DNA of 64,000 nucleotides from Nitrosopumilus sp. (GTDB taxonomy: Archaea > Thermoproteota > Nitrososphaeria > Nitrososphaerales > Nitrosopumilaceae), in NCBI GenBank assembly GCA_965238275.1, contig OZ250186.1, positions 608,001-672,000 on the forward strand, given 5' to 3'. A model generated the notes under the pieces. It saw nothing but the letters and a program-made list of their open reading frames with translations. It searched no databases and was not told where the DNA came from. Below are positions 1-9,698 of this stretch, in pieces. The position numbers and the translations under genes were made by a program. Position 1 is the stretch's first letter, and each line of letters begins with the position of its first letter.

Positions 1-87
1 CAGATAGATGTACTTGAGACCCGCCAGAATGGATGATTTGTTCATTGTTATGTTCTGTATGTAACTAAGGGTTAAAGGGTTTCAGAT

Positions 88-1806
88 CTACATCATGCCG
101 CCCATGTCAGGCATTCCACCCATACCCGGTGGCATGCCGCCCATGCCGGGGGGCATTCCACCCATACCCGGTGGCATGCCGCCTTCGCCTCCAGGTGGCC
201 CGCCTGCGGATTTTTGTGTTGCAATTACGTCGTCAATTCTAAGAATCATGCAGGCAGCCTCAGAGGAAGCCGAGACGACTTGGAGTTTTACTACGAGCGG
301 TTCGATAATGTCGCTGCTCTTCATGTTGGATATCTTTCCCTTCATCACGTTGATTCCGGTCCACTTTTCACCCCTTTGCTGTTTTGAACGTAGAAGGGTT
401 ATGGTGTTTATTGGATCCATTCCGGCATTCTCTGCCAGCGTCAGCGGAATTGATTCCAGGGCATCTGCAAATTTCTCGGCGGCCAGCTGCTCTCTTCCTT
501 CCAGCGTCTTTGCCCAGCCCCTGAGTTTTGTTGCTGCAAACGTTTCAGGAGCGCCTCCGCCTGCAACAATAAATGGACTCTGTATTACATCCTTTACAAC
601 CATGAGTGCGTCATGAATAGAGCGTTCAACCTCGTCTACCACTCTTTGCGAGCCTCCCCGGAGAAGTATGGTAACGGATTTTGGATGCTTGCATCCCTCC
701 ACAAACACCCATCGGTCCTCTTCGATCTTTCTCTCTTCTACCAGTTCTGCGGCTCCAAGATCCTTCTCAAAGAGGTCGTCCAGATTTGTAACTACTCTGG
801 CACCTGTTGCCTTTGCAAGTTTGGTAAGATCACTTTCCTTGATTCGCCTGACGGCAATCACGCCGGCCTTGGCAAGATAGTGCTGTGCCATGTCATCAAT
901 CCCCTTTTGGCACAAAACCGCGTTTGCGCCGGAACCGATAACCTTGTCAATCATGTTCTTTAGCATACGGTTCTCCTCGTCAAGGAACGATTTGAGCTGC
1001 TGGGGGTTTGAGATGTTGATCTTTGCATCAGTCTCGGTCTTGTTGATCTCCAATGCAGTATTGATTAGTGCAATCTTGGCCCCAGATATCTTCTTTGGCA
1101 TGCCACCGTGGACGATCTCCTTGTCAAGCACGATTCCCTGTACAACTACAGAGTCCTTGATCGAGCCGCCGGCCTTCTTCTCCACCTTTATGTCATCAAT
1201 ATCGATGTTGTAGGCGTCGCCATCCTTCTCAATCACGGACAGAATGGAGTCTACTACCATGTCGGCAAGCTGGGCTGAATCCTTTCTGACAAGCTTAGTC
1301 TGCATTGAGGTCTTTGCTATCTTTGTCAGGATGGTCTTGTCGCTTACGGAGACTGCAGTTGCAATGCTTTCGAGAAATTCCTTGGCCATCTTTCCGGCCT
1401 TTCGATATCCGTCAACTATGATTGTGGGGTGTACGTTCTGATCTATCAGTGATTCTGCGTTTTCAAGCAGGGCTCCTGCAAGAACCACAGCAGAGGTGGT
1501 ACCGTCGCCTACCTCGTTGTCAGTTGTCTTTGAAATTTCAACTAGCATCTTGGCCGCAGGGTGCTGGACATCAATCTCCTTGAGAATTGTAGCCCCGTCA
1601 TTTGTAATGGTAACATCTCCCAGAGAGTCCACCAGCATCTTGTCCATGCCACGCGGACCCAGACTCGTATGAATAATCTCTGCAATTATCTTGGATGCGG
1701 CAATGTTGTTCTTTTGTGCATCCCTGCCTTTTGTCTCAGAACTGCCCTCTTTTAACAGAACCACTGGCATGGTTCCCTTTGAAGTTGCCTGTATCGCCAT
1801 ATCCAA
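88..1806 (-). CDS. ths: Thermosome subunit (group II chaperonin)
   Basis: [18 protein letters not shown] and GDGTTS motifs; C-terminal GGM tail; start may be 1800. Confidence 0.97.
   Translation of the reverse strand: MDMAIQATSKGTMPVVLLKEGSSETKGRDAQKNNIAASKIIAEIIHTSLGPRGMDKMLVDSLGDVTITNDGATILKEIDVQHPAAKMLVEISKTTDNEVGDGTTSAVVLAGALLENAESLIDQNVHPTIIVDGYRKAGKMAKEFLESIATAVSVSDKTILTKIAKTSMQTKLVRKDSAQLADMVVDSILSVIEKDGDAYNIDIDDIKVEKKAGGSIKDSVVVQGIVLDKEIVHGGMPKKISGAKIALINTALEINKTETDAKINISNPQQLKSFLDEENRMLKNMIDKVIGSGANAVLCQKGIDDMAQHYLAKAGVIAVRRIKESDLTKLAKATGARVVTNLDDLFEKDLGAAELVEERKIEEDRWVFVEGCKHPKSVTILLRGGSQRVVDEVERSIHDALMVVKDVIQSPFIVAGGGAPETFAATKLRGWAKTLEGREQLAAEKFADALESIPLTLAENAGMDPINTITLLRSKQQRGEKWTGINVMKGKISNMKSSDIIEPLVVKLQVVSASSEAACMILRIDDVIATQKSAGGPPGGEGGMPPGMGGMPPGMGGMPPGMGGMPDMGGMM
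91..183 (-). repeat. 21-nt tandem coding repeat (GGMPPGM units) of the chaperonin tail
   Basis: ggcattccacccatacccggt at 110-130 and 152-172, with a variant unit at 131-151. Confidence 0.9.
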
Positions 1807-1845
1807 TCAGTCATAGGATCCCTTATTATATTTTAAGATCGGTTG

Positions 1846-2991
1846 GGGGTTGTCGCGTAAATCAGTCAAATCATGATCTACCTTGCCTTTGGGTTCCATC
1901 TGACGTAGACGGCATTCATCGTGGCTTTTTGGTGTCATGCATAGACTACCTTGACTCCCAGATCCGCAGTATGCTCCAGCCTGTTGAGAACCTCAAGATT
2001 CCAACCTATCGCCTTTAGCAACCCAAACCTTCTCTGGTTCACGCCTTTGCGGAACCTGCAGTACAGCTGGTGGTGTTCTGCCTCCTCGGCCCCGAATATT
2101 CCCTCGATCATCCCGCGCTGCTTGTAGAGGACAGCATCAAACAGCCCGGAGGCTTTTTTCCGATGCTTTTTGCCCCTGCTCCTTGCGTTCTTTCTCTGCT
2201 TGATGTTGGGAACCATGCCCAGCGCAAAGAGGGCCTCGCAGTTGCTGTCCGAATCGTATCCCTTGTCGGCGTCAAACACCCACCCGTCAAAGACCCTCTT
2301 TATTCCGGTAATGCGGTTCAGCATCGTCTTAAGCACGACCGTGTCAGTCGTGCGGTTGGAAGTGATTCTGCAGGACAGTATGATCTGCAGTCCCGGTATC
2401 ACCGTCACGTGCCACTTGAGGTACCTCTTTATCCTTTTTGGGACAAATTCGTGCCTGGTTTTGTCCGGCCTTTCGGCTGTTTCGTACCTGTCCGTCTCCA
2501 CTCCCGTGCTGTCTGCGGCCAGTATCCCTTCAGTCGCACCGGCCGCCTCCATGCATTGGCGCGCAGTCTTCGTCAGGATTCGTTCCAGCCACAGGATTGG
2601 AATTGTTTCGAGGAATCGTGCTATCGTCGAATGGTCCGGGACCGGCTCATGCCACGGAAGGTTCCATCCGGGCACGCAGTTTTGCGCATCCCTGGACGTG
2701 AGGCCCTCAAAGATCATGATGGCGCATACGCAAGTCATCTTCTCTACAGAGTGGATTCTGGGTCTTCCGTGTCTGCCCTTGCCTTGTTTTGCAGGCGGCG
2801 GGTTCTTCATTACCAAAGACACGATGGTTTTTATCCGAAAGTCGCGTTCTGTTGTGTGTGCCCTGTGATAACTATTCCAGTAGTTAGCCCTTCTCTTGTG
2901 TTTCATTGAAGGGGGCACACTTTATGATCTTTAGCAGGTATGAGTCAAATGTGCGCGATCACACGCTCAACGTGATTTACGCGACAACCCC
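1846..2991 (-). mobile_element. Intact IS5-family insertion sequence, 1146 bp
   Basis: Perfect 19-bp TIR ggggttgtcgcgtaaatca (1846-1864) / tgatttacgcgacaacccc (2973-2991); 9-bp TSD gatcggttg at 1837-1845 and 2992-3000. Confidence 0.93.
1935..2918 (-). CDS. IS5-family DDE transposase
   Basis: PDHSTIARF; DDE triad in AADSTG, DADKGYD and YKQRGMIEGIFG; lies between the TIRs. Confidence 0.9.
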   Translation of the reverse strand: MPPSMKHKRRANYWNSYHRAHTTERDFRIKTIVSLVMKNPPPAKQGKGRHGRPRIHSVEKMTCVCAIMIFEGLTSRDAQNCVPGWNLPWHEPVPDHSTIARFLETIPILWLERILTKTARQCMEAAGATEGILAADSTGVETDRYETAERPDKTRHEFVPKRIKRYLKWHVTVIPGLQIILSCRITSNRTTDTVVLKTMLNRITGIKRVFDGWVFDADKGYDSDSNCEALFALGMVPNIKQRKNARSRGKKHRKKASGLFDAVLYKQRGMIEGIFGAEEAEHHQLYCRFRKGVNQRRFGLLKAIGWNLEVLNRLEHTADLGVKVVYA

Positions 2992-3593
2992 GATCGGTTG
3001 CGGTGAGTCGGATTCAGACACGATCCGTAAAACCAAGAGTGCCGATCGACAACGCAATCATGTCAAGATTCACATATATCGTGCATGCCTGACAATTCCA
3101 GAACAGGCCTGTGGAATCATGCATCCGTAGCGTCCAATGTCCGGTCTGGCGCATGCACTGATTCTGTATGTCAAGCGTACTATCTGACCAAACGCAGCAT
3201 CCTGTAATTTAAAAAATAACACGGTTAAAATATAAAAATTTTCAAAAAACTGCTGATAGTTTGATTGATTTGAAATGTAGATCGTCTTATAATGAAAAAT
3301 GCTTCAGCCGTTCAACGGGGGTAATATTTAGCGGGCCAGATCTTCAGAACGTGATGGAAGAGCAAACAAATTCCCAAGTAGAAAAATACGGTACGCCTGT
3401 CTCTATTCTGTCACTTCGGAATTTATTGAAGAAAGTGCAGGTTCTTGCATTTCTGGCAATGCCATTCCACTATAAAACATCGCAGGCATTGCCGTATATC
3501 AAAGAATGTATAGTTTAAAATGAAAAATTTGTTTGGCGGGTTGGTTGATCTTTGTCACGGGGGCGGATCCCAAACCATGACCTTGTAGTCACT

Positions 3594-4517
3594 CTACAGG
3601 TCGAGGGATTCCTTGAGGCCCTTGTACCTGTTTCTAATGGTAACCTCGGTGACGTTTGCCGCCTCGGCAATGTTGTGCTGTGTCTGGTTCTCGCCGTTCT
3701 TCACGCAGGACAGGTATAATGCAGCCGCTGCAAGCCCCATTGGATCCTTGCCTGCAGAGATCTCATTCTCTTGGGCCTGTCTTAGAACCGTGACTGCGTA
3801 TCTCTTTGTCTTTTCTGCGATGCCGATTCTGCTTGCAATTCTTGCAACGCATTGGATTGAGTCGGTTACAGGCATCCTCAGATCAAGCTCCTTGACAAGC
3901 AGCCTGTAGCATCTTGCAATGTCCTTCTTTTTGATGTTGGCAGCCTGTTCCACATCCTTGAGGTTTCTAGGGGTCTCCGTGTCACGGCACGAGGCATATA
4001 ATGAGGATGCCATCAGTGTTGATATGGAGCGGCCCCGGACAAGGCCCTTCTCAGGGGTCTTTCTGTAAATGTATGCTGCCTTTTCAATCACGGCATCAGA
4101 GATTGCAAGCTTGTCCTTGAGCCGGTTCAGCTCGCCAAATGCCTGTCTAAAGTTCCGATCAATGGGCTCCTGAACCTGGCTTCTGCTGTCCCACGTTCTC
4201 AGCCTCTCAATGTTATTTCTCATAGTAGCCGAAAGCGGCCTGCCTGAGGCATCCTTATTGATGGGGTTGATTATGGTTGCCAGTCCCATGTCATGCATTG
4301 TCAACGAGGTTGGCGCGCCGGTTCTTGCCCGGTCGCCGTGCTCGTCTGATGCAAACGATCGCCATTCCGGGCCTGACTCTTGCAGTTTTTCGGTGATCAC
4401 GAATTCGCATCGGGGACAGAACGTCTCCCCTGATTCGTTATCTGTGACCAGTTTTTCCCCTGCACATCTGGAACAAACCATCGCCGCCTTAATTGACATA
4501 ATTGTTTCTAGAATCAT
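3594..4517 (-). CDS. tfb: Transcription initiation factor IIB
   Basis: Zn ribbon CSRC..CPRC, GPEWRSF B-reader, two cyclin repeats, VTEVTIRNRYK; start may be 4499. Confidence 0.96.
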   Translation of the reverse strand: MILETIMSIKAAMVCSRCAGEKLVTDNESGETFCPRCEFVITEKLQESGPEWRSFASDEHGDRARTGAPTSLTMHDMGLATIINPINKDASGRPLSATMRNNIERLRTWDSRSQVQEPIDRNFRQAFGELNRLKDKLAISDAVIEKAAYIYRKTPEKGLVRGRSISTLMASSLYASCRDTETPRNLKDVEQAANIKKKDIARCYRLLVKELDLRMPVTDSIQCVARIASRIGIAEKTKRYAVTVLRQAQENEISAGKDPMGLAAAALYLSCVKNGENQTQHNIAEAANVTEVTIRNRYKGLKESLDL

Positions 4518-4644
4518 GAATTTTGTACTATTTATGAATCAACAGGGCTTTTGCAGAGAAGCAGCCTCATACCATACTGTATGCATTTGGAGTTCTGCAC
4601 CGGACAGGATAATAGTCATAACGGAGTAACGTGGGTTAAGAGGC

Positions 4645-5577
4645 ATGAATCTGTTCTGGATCATACCACTGCTGGCAGTATTCCTGATGCTAGTCTCAGA
4701 TGCACACGCCAATACCGAAACCATGAATGTAGAGGGCGGGGTGGAAGTCGAGATTACGTATCCCGGCGAGATTGTCGCGGGAAGGGAGGGAATAGTCTCC
4801 ATCCTGGTAAGGAACAACGGATGGGAGGACAAGCAGGACATCTCGTTTGTCTTTTCACTGCCTGATGTTCCGTCGATCACCGTGGAACCGTCAGAGGGAA
4901 TCACCATAGACAGACTCGCACAGGGCGGGTCGTACGGCAAAAACGTCAGCCTGCAGGTTGCAGAGGAGACAAGGCCCGGCGTCTACTTTCTGAATATGAG
5001 GTACACGCACATCCTTGTTGCAAACAACGAGACGCCGCAGGATCCATTCATTCAGGATATAGCAATCTCGATCACCATAAAGGAGGATGCAAGCGTGACG
5101 GTCATCACAAAGACGCCCGAGTCAATCTTTGCAAATGCACAGTTTCCGATCGAAGTGGAGATACTCTCAGAGGACATAGACATTACAGATGTCAGGATCA
5201 GAATGGTTCCCCCCGAAGGTATCGAGTTTCTGGGTGAGACGCTTTACACATTCTCAAGGATTGAAAGGAATACGCCCGTTGGAATAACTGCACAGATAAT
5301 TACGCCTGCCACCGTGGACACGGAGTACAGGATTCCGTTTGGAATTGTTGTAGAGTATACAGATGACACCGGGGCCGAAAAGGCCGACTCGCAGACAGTC
5401 TCCCTGGTTTTAAGGCCCAGAACGTTCATGGAGCTTACCGGGGACGGGGGAATCTGGATTGGTGATTTTTTTATTGCGCCGTATGTCAGTATTGGAACGA
5501 TCATAGGAATACCGGCAGGCACGATAATGACGCTGCTGATAAAAAGAAGGAAGGATGGCAAAAAGTACGGTTCCTAG
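4645..5577 (+). CDS. Secreted, C-terminally anchored beta-rich (S-layer-domain-like) protein
   Basis: Signal peptide, acidic beta-strand-rich body, C-terminal TM followed by KRRK. Confidence 0.7.
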   Translation: MNLFWIIPLLAVFLMLVSDAHANTETMNVEGGVEVEITYPGEIVAGREGIVSILVRNNGWEDKQDISFVFSLPDVPSITVEPSEGITIDRLAQGGSYGKNVSLQVAEETRPGVYFLNMRYTHILVANNETPQDPFIQDIAISITIKEDASVTVITKTPESIFANAQFPIEVEILSEDIDITDVRIRMVPPEGIEFLGETLYTFSRIERNTPVGITAQIITPATVDTEYRIPFGIVVEYTDDTGAEKADSQTVSLVLRPRTFMELTGDGGIWIGDFFIAPYVSIGTIIGIPAGTIMTLLIKRRKDGKKYGS

Positions 5578-5873
5578 GATTTCAGCATGTCTGTGATCGC
5601 CTGAATGTACCTTTCGTTGTACCTGTTGTACATCTGGATTTTGTCTTGGGCCAGAGCCATTGCGCCCGGCCTGCTGTTGATGTGTGCTCCTGCCATCCTC
5701 TGCTCATCCAGAATTCGCTCAAGACGCTCCCTTGTGTGTGATTCAAGTTGTGCAAGCAGGCCTGCAAGCTCCCTCTCAAGAATATCCCGGGTGTCGGGAA
5801 TCTCCGGAGGCCATGCGCCAATGATCTCCTTGACGGTGATCCTTCCAAGCACTCTTCTGTCCAGCTCCAACAA
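5574..5873 (-). CDS. Hypothetical protein
   Basis: 99-aa helical ORF with a TATA-like ttataa just upstream. Confidence 0.65.
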   Translation of the reverse strand: MLELDRRVLGRITVKEIIGAWPPEIPDTRDILERELAGLLAQLESHTRERLERILDEQRMAGAHINSRPGAMALAQDKIQMYNRYNERYIQAITDMLKS

Positions 5874-5928
5874 CAGGCAGGATTACGCCCTGCCATTATA
5901 AACCGAGCCTGTACGTGCGGCCTCCGGG

Positions 5929-6159
5929 TCAGGCACGTTCGCCCAGAAAATGAACGGCGCCGTCTGTCACGACAACTGTCCTGTCCTTTGGCACCCTGTA
6001 CAGTTTTTTTGTGTCGTTGGGAAACTGGATAATAACCTTGGAGAACGGATCCTTTAGCGACTTGTACAGAACGCCCCTGTCGACTACTGACTGTGACCAG
6101 TGCGTGCCCTGTACGAATGATATCGACTGAAATCTCACAACATGATACGAGTAGACCAT
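5929..6159 (-). CDS. Hypothetical protein
   Basis: 76-aa ORF with plausible composition, co-oriented with its neighbour. Confidence 0.6.
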   Translation of the reverse strand: MVYSYHVVRFQSISFVQGTHWSQSVVDRGVLYKSLKDPFSKVIIQFPNDTKKLYRVPKDRTVVVTDGAVHFLGERA

Positions 6160-6563
6160 TCCCGATTAGGTAGTAGCGACGTTACGGATAAAGGATCTTC
6201 CAATCAGATAACCCAGGTGTGGCTCATTCTGATAAACTTTCAACGCAAACAAGACTGGAGTCTCTTGCTAAGCATCATATCACCTGGACCACCGCCCGAT
6301 CCTGTCGCGCCGTGATCACGTCTGGGTTATCTGTCCAATCAAGGCTGCATGTAGGAGGAGTTCTGCAGAATTACAACAAATCGTTGCACATATGGTTCCG
6401 AGACATTTTGGACTGCGCCGCTGGCAGAGACGTGCCATGGTACGTTCGGTCATGCTTGTGGTGTTCTGTGCGCCATTTCGTTTTGCCCGAACCGTCTGAT
6501 TGTGGGTTAAAGCGCAGAATATTCAGGATAGGATTTTATAGTTTAGCGTATCCTTGATATTAA

Positions 6564-6755
6564 ATGGTTCTCAAATTGAGATGCGAGGAGTACGGTTTTG
6601 AATGCCCGTTTGTCATAGATGGCGAGGAGACGTTGGAGACGATCGGTATGCTAAGGAAACATTTTGACGATGTTCACGGTATCGACTATACCATAGAGGC
6701 AGTAACGCAGATGATTTCAAACCGGGGATATTCACTGCAATCAATAAAAAAGTAA
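6564..6755 (+). CDS. Small metal-binding protein (DUF1059-like)
   Basis: LRCEEYGFEC...HFDDVHG; ttttata box about 25 nt upstream. Confidence 0.75.
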   Translation: MVLKLRCEEYGFECPFVIDGEETLETIGMLRKHFDDVHGIDYTIEAVTQMISNRGYSLQSIKK

Positions 6756-6921
6756 GAGGCCGATGCGGCCAGAAGGGTTGTAACAGACATCCATCTGGTG
6801 CGGACTCATCCCCAACAGGATTGTTTTTTGAGTCATATTTCATAATCCCGTCTGACTGCACGCATGCCATCGTGATGGGCAGGTGTGTTGAAAAAGGGAC
6901 ACGGGTCAAGGCGGGTCTTTT

Positions 6922-8463
6922 TCATATGTATAGCGGCGAGCGAAAATTCGTGCAAACAGATCTCTCTGTAGCGTGTCCTGGTGCTCTTTCCGGCGCTCTG
7001 TCAGACCTTCCAATATTGTCGTCGTTGTCGGGTCCAAGCCGACCTGTCGAATTGTTCATTCCAGAACCATCCGATCCGTGATCCTCGCGCCTTGTGACGA
7101 CCTCGACACCTGCAATGGTGCCTCCACGATTCCCGTGGGCTTGGCCGCCAGTCTCCTCCGTATGGAGACAGTCATTATCCAAAATGTTTTTTGCCGCGTT
7201 CTTGTCGGCATGGTGGCACCATCCGCATGAGACGCAGACAAATGATTCGCCGTTTCTGGACTTTTTGTCCACTATCCCGCAGGCAGCGCATCTCTGGCTT
7301 GTATGTGCGGATTCCACGCGTTTTGTAATTCCGCCCCTCTTTTTCATCTGCCATTCAACTTGGCTCCGAAACTCGCCCATTCTGGAATAGGCCATCTCGC
7401 GGTTCAACCCCGTCTTTGGGGCGGCCCCGTTGGATCTCCTCATCCTGGTCAAATCCAGGTCTTCCAGAGACGTAATCCGTAATTAGTCGTTAGGCACAAA
7501 GTGGGAATAGATGCTAGGCACGAAATGACCCAAAACTGCCTATTACGGATTATGTCTCAGGAACAATACGGACAGTCCTTTTGTTATCCGCCTGGCAATG
7601 TCGGCCTCGTTGTGTTTTTGCCTGTTTGATATCTTTTTCAATTCATGCGTTATCCTGCGGCCGATCTCTTTCCACCTTCTGGAGCCTGGCTGGCATCTTG
7701 ATCTAAATGATTTCAGCTGATCAATCCTGTCGCCGTCATGCCTCTTGCAGCCTCCGGGGACACTGTGCAGTTTTTCATTCCCATGCTCGTCTGCGACTGC
7801 CGCAAGGTGCCTGACTCCAAGATCCAGCCCTGCCTTGCATCCGCGGCCACCGCCTGTCGTGGGTTCGGGGTCTGGGACTTCTATCTGCAAATGCAGTTTG
7901 AATTCGCGATCACCATCCCTGGTCTTGCGCGTGACCTTGCCTGTGGTGTCAATCATCTGGAATGACACGAGCCTGCCTTCTGGAACCCTCGTGCGTGGCC
8001 TTACCTCCCCGAGTCCGGGCAGAAATACGGTGCCGTCGTCCCGCAGTTTTGGCTTTCCGCGTGAATTCAGCGAGCGCAGCCTGGTTGTTTTCCTGCCGCG
8101 CCTCATCAGGCTGGACGGCTCGGTCCACCTGTTGTGCTTGTACGTTTTCTTTTTCCCCAGCTTGATCTGTCTCTTGCGCCAGATGCGCTTGTTGTGCTTG
8201 AGCCGGTTTGCCTTGCGGAATTTGACTGCCGCCTGGAAAGCATGTTTTGAGGCGGCCTCATGCATGCGGACGCTGCTGGCCAGGTTGAATTCCCTGCGCC
8301 ATCCTGTTATCAGGTTGTTGACATCAAACTGTGTGATCCGTGAGTGTGCAAGTTTCATCATGATTGTCATGTCGTAAATGATGTCTGTTTCCCGGGAGCA
8401 TTTCACGATCTTGCGTGACAGTTCCCGAGATTGTGTTATCTTGATGATTTTACTGACAATCAT
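6922..8463 (-). pseudogene. tnpB: TnpB RNA-guided endonuclease (~482 aa when restored), interrupted by a MITE
   Basis: RuvC-I GLDLG, RuvC-II LFL/EDL split by the 93-bp insert, Zn finger CAAC..CVSC, RuvC-III ADKNAAKNI; both halves in the same frame. Confidence 0.92.
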
Positions 8464-8532
8464 ACCTGTAGTTGGGATTTATTTTCTTAAAAAAGGTGCC
8501 CAAAAAATTGCACGAACTTTCGCTTTTCACTA
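6931..8532 (-). mobile_element. Non-autonomous TIR-bounded TnpB element, copy 1
   Basis: Ends tatagcggcgagcgaaaattcgtgcaa (6929-6955) and ttgcacgaactttcgcttttcactata (8508-8534) are inverted repeats (22/27, counting the flanking TA); boundaries agree with copy 2. Confidence 0.85.
7468..7557. mobile_element. 90-bp MITE, copy 1
   Basis: TIR agacgtaatccgtaat / attacggattatgtct (15/16); TSD cag at 7465-7467 and 7558-7560. Confidence 0.92.
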
Positions 8533-8742
8533 TAGAAAAGGCCACAATCCCACGCGGATAGTTGTTAGTGTGTGCTTTTGTGTTTCCAGACAAGCCAATG
8601 TTTATTACATTGTAGATATACCAAATATTGCACCCGCGCTTGTTGCAAGGGAACAGGAATTTTTTGCACGCAGGAGCGTATTTTAATACCAAAATTACCT
8701 ATAAGATATTCCTTTTATTCTAAAAACGCCAATATAAGGTGA

Positions 8743-9657
8743 GTGATAATAGGGTATTTAGATAATTATGAAGGCAAGTGCGAAATTGATGCCTGCCAAA
8801 CCCAACCCACCATAACAGATTCTGAGAGAGGAGAGGTTGTGTGTGGGGGATGCGGGACCATCCTAGAGCAGAGTATGTCTGACATGTCGCATGAGGTGGG
8901 CGGTCACGGAGCAGACGAGTACATGAAACAGACAAGGACCGGACCCTCTTCATCACTGACGATGTACGACAGGGGGTTGTCAACGGTAATTGGCAGCAAC
9001 AAGGATTCTGCTGGAAACGTCCTGTCCAACGAGACAAAATACGAGTTTAGCAGGTTGCGGACATGGGATCAGAGAAGCAGGTCAAGAAGGACTGCCGCAC
9101 TGAGCAAGGCATTTACCCTGCTTCACGGAATGAAGACGAAGCTTGGAATCCCGGTCAATGTTGTGGAGTACTCAGCATACATCTACAGAAAGGCAGTCAG
9201 CGCAAAGCTTACCAGGGGAAGGACGATGGCATCGCTGGTTGCAGCGTCCCTGTATGCAGGATGCAGGGCCAACAACATTCCAAGAACGCTTGACGATATC
9301 GCAGATGCCGGGAACGTGGAGAGAAGGATACTTTCGCGGGATCTGAGAACCCTGATCAGGACGCTTGGTCTGAGCCTGAACCAGTATGACACAACGTCGT
9401 TTATCTCAAAGATTTCAAACAACATGAAACTCAAGGAGAAGACAAAGAGGGACGCATTTGATATACTCAAGCGGTGCGAGGAGGAACGGATCACGGCGGG
9501 AAAGCATCCCGTGGCACAGGCTGCAGCCTCGCTGTACATTTCATGTATTATGAACGGGGAAAAGATCAGTCAGAAAAAGTTTGCAACAGAGGCCGGGGTA
9601 AGTGACGTCACGATAAGAAACAGAATCATCCTTATCAAAAAAACGCTAAAGATCTAA
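8743..9657 (+). CDS. tfb: Transcription initiation factor IIB (second paralog)
   Basis: Zn ribbon ..VVCGGCG, RLRTWD, TRGRT, GKHPVAQAAA, VSDVTIRNR. Confidence 0.95.
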   Translation: MIIGYLDNYEGKCEIDACQTQPTITDSERGEVVCGGCGTILEQSMSDMSHEVGGHGADEYMKQTRTGPSSSLTMYDRGLSTVIGSNKDSAGNVLSNETKYEFSRLRTWDQRSRSRRTAALSKAFTLLHGMKTKLGIPVNVVEYSAYIYRKAVSAKLTRGRTMASLVAASLYAGCRANNIPRTLDDIADAGNVERRILSRDLRTLIRTLGLSLNQYDTTSFISKISNNMKLKEKTKRDAFDILKRCEEERITAGKHPVAQAAASLYISCIMNGEKISQKKFATEAGVSDVTIRNRIILIKKTLKI

Positions 9658-9698
9658 AGGCCGATGCCGGAAACGGCATGCAATTATGAGGGGGTGTA

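Noticed and set aside
2070-2909. Long antisense or alternate-frame ORFs (e.g. 2070-2909, 7745-8377, 23428-24156, 36235-37182, 53347-54150)
   Set aside because: They are shadows of well-supported genes on the opposite strand and carry no motifs.
3423-3553. Minus-strand frame with CLRC-x6-CQKC resembling a Zn finger
   Set aside because: About 43 codons with no in-frame start codon. The overlapping plus ORF 3261-3518 also has no recognisable motif.
6219-6557. 112-aa ORF upstream of the small metal-binding gene
   Set aside because: No motif, atypical composition, and it overlaps the downstream promoter.
7465-7560. The in-frame 93-nt insert as an archaeal intron
   Set aside because: The ends pair as a continuous hairpin with no bulge-helix-bulge motif. 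It has a TSD and a third, intergenic copy, so it is a MITE.
6922-8463. Cas12f / type V CRISPR effector
   Set aside because: No repeat-spacer array or cas genes seen in the window; the gene lies inside a repeated mobile element.
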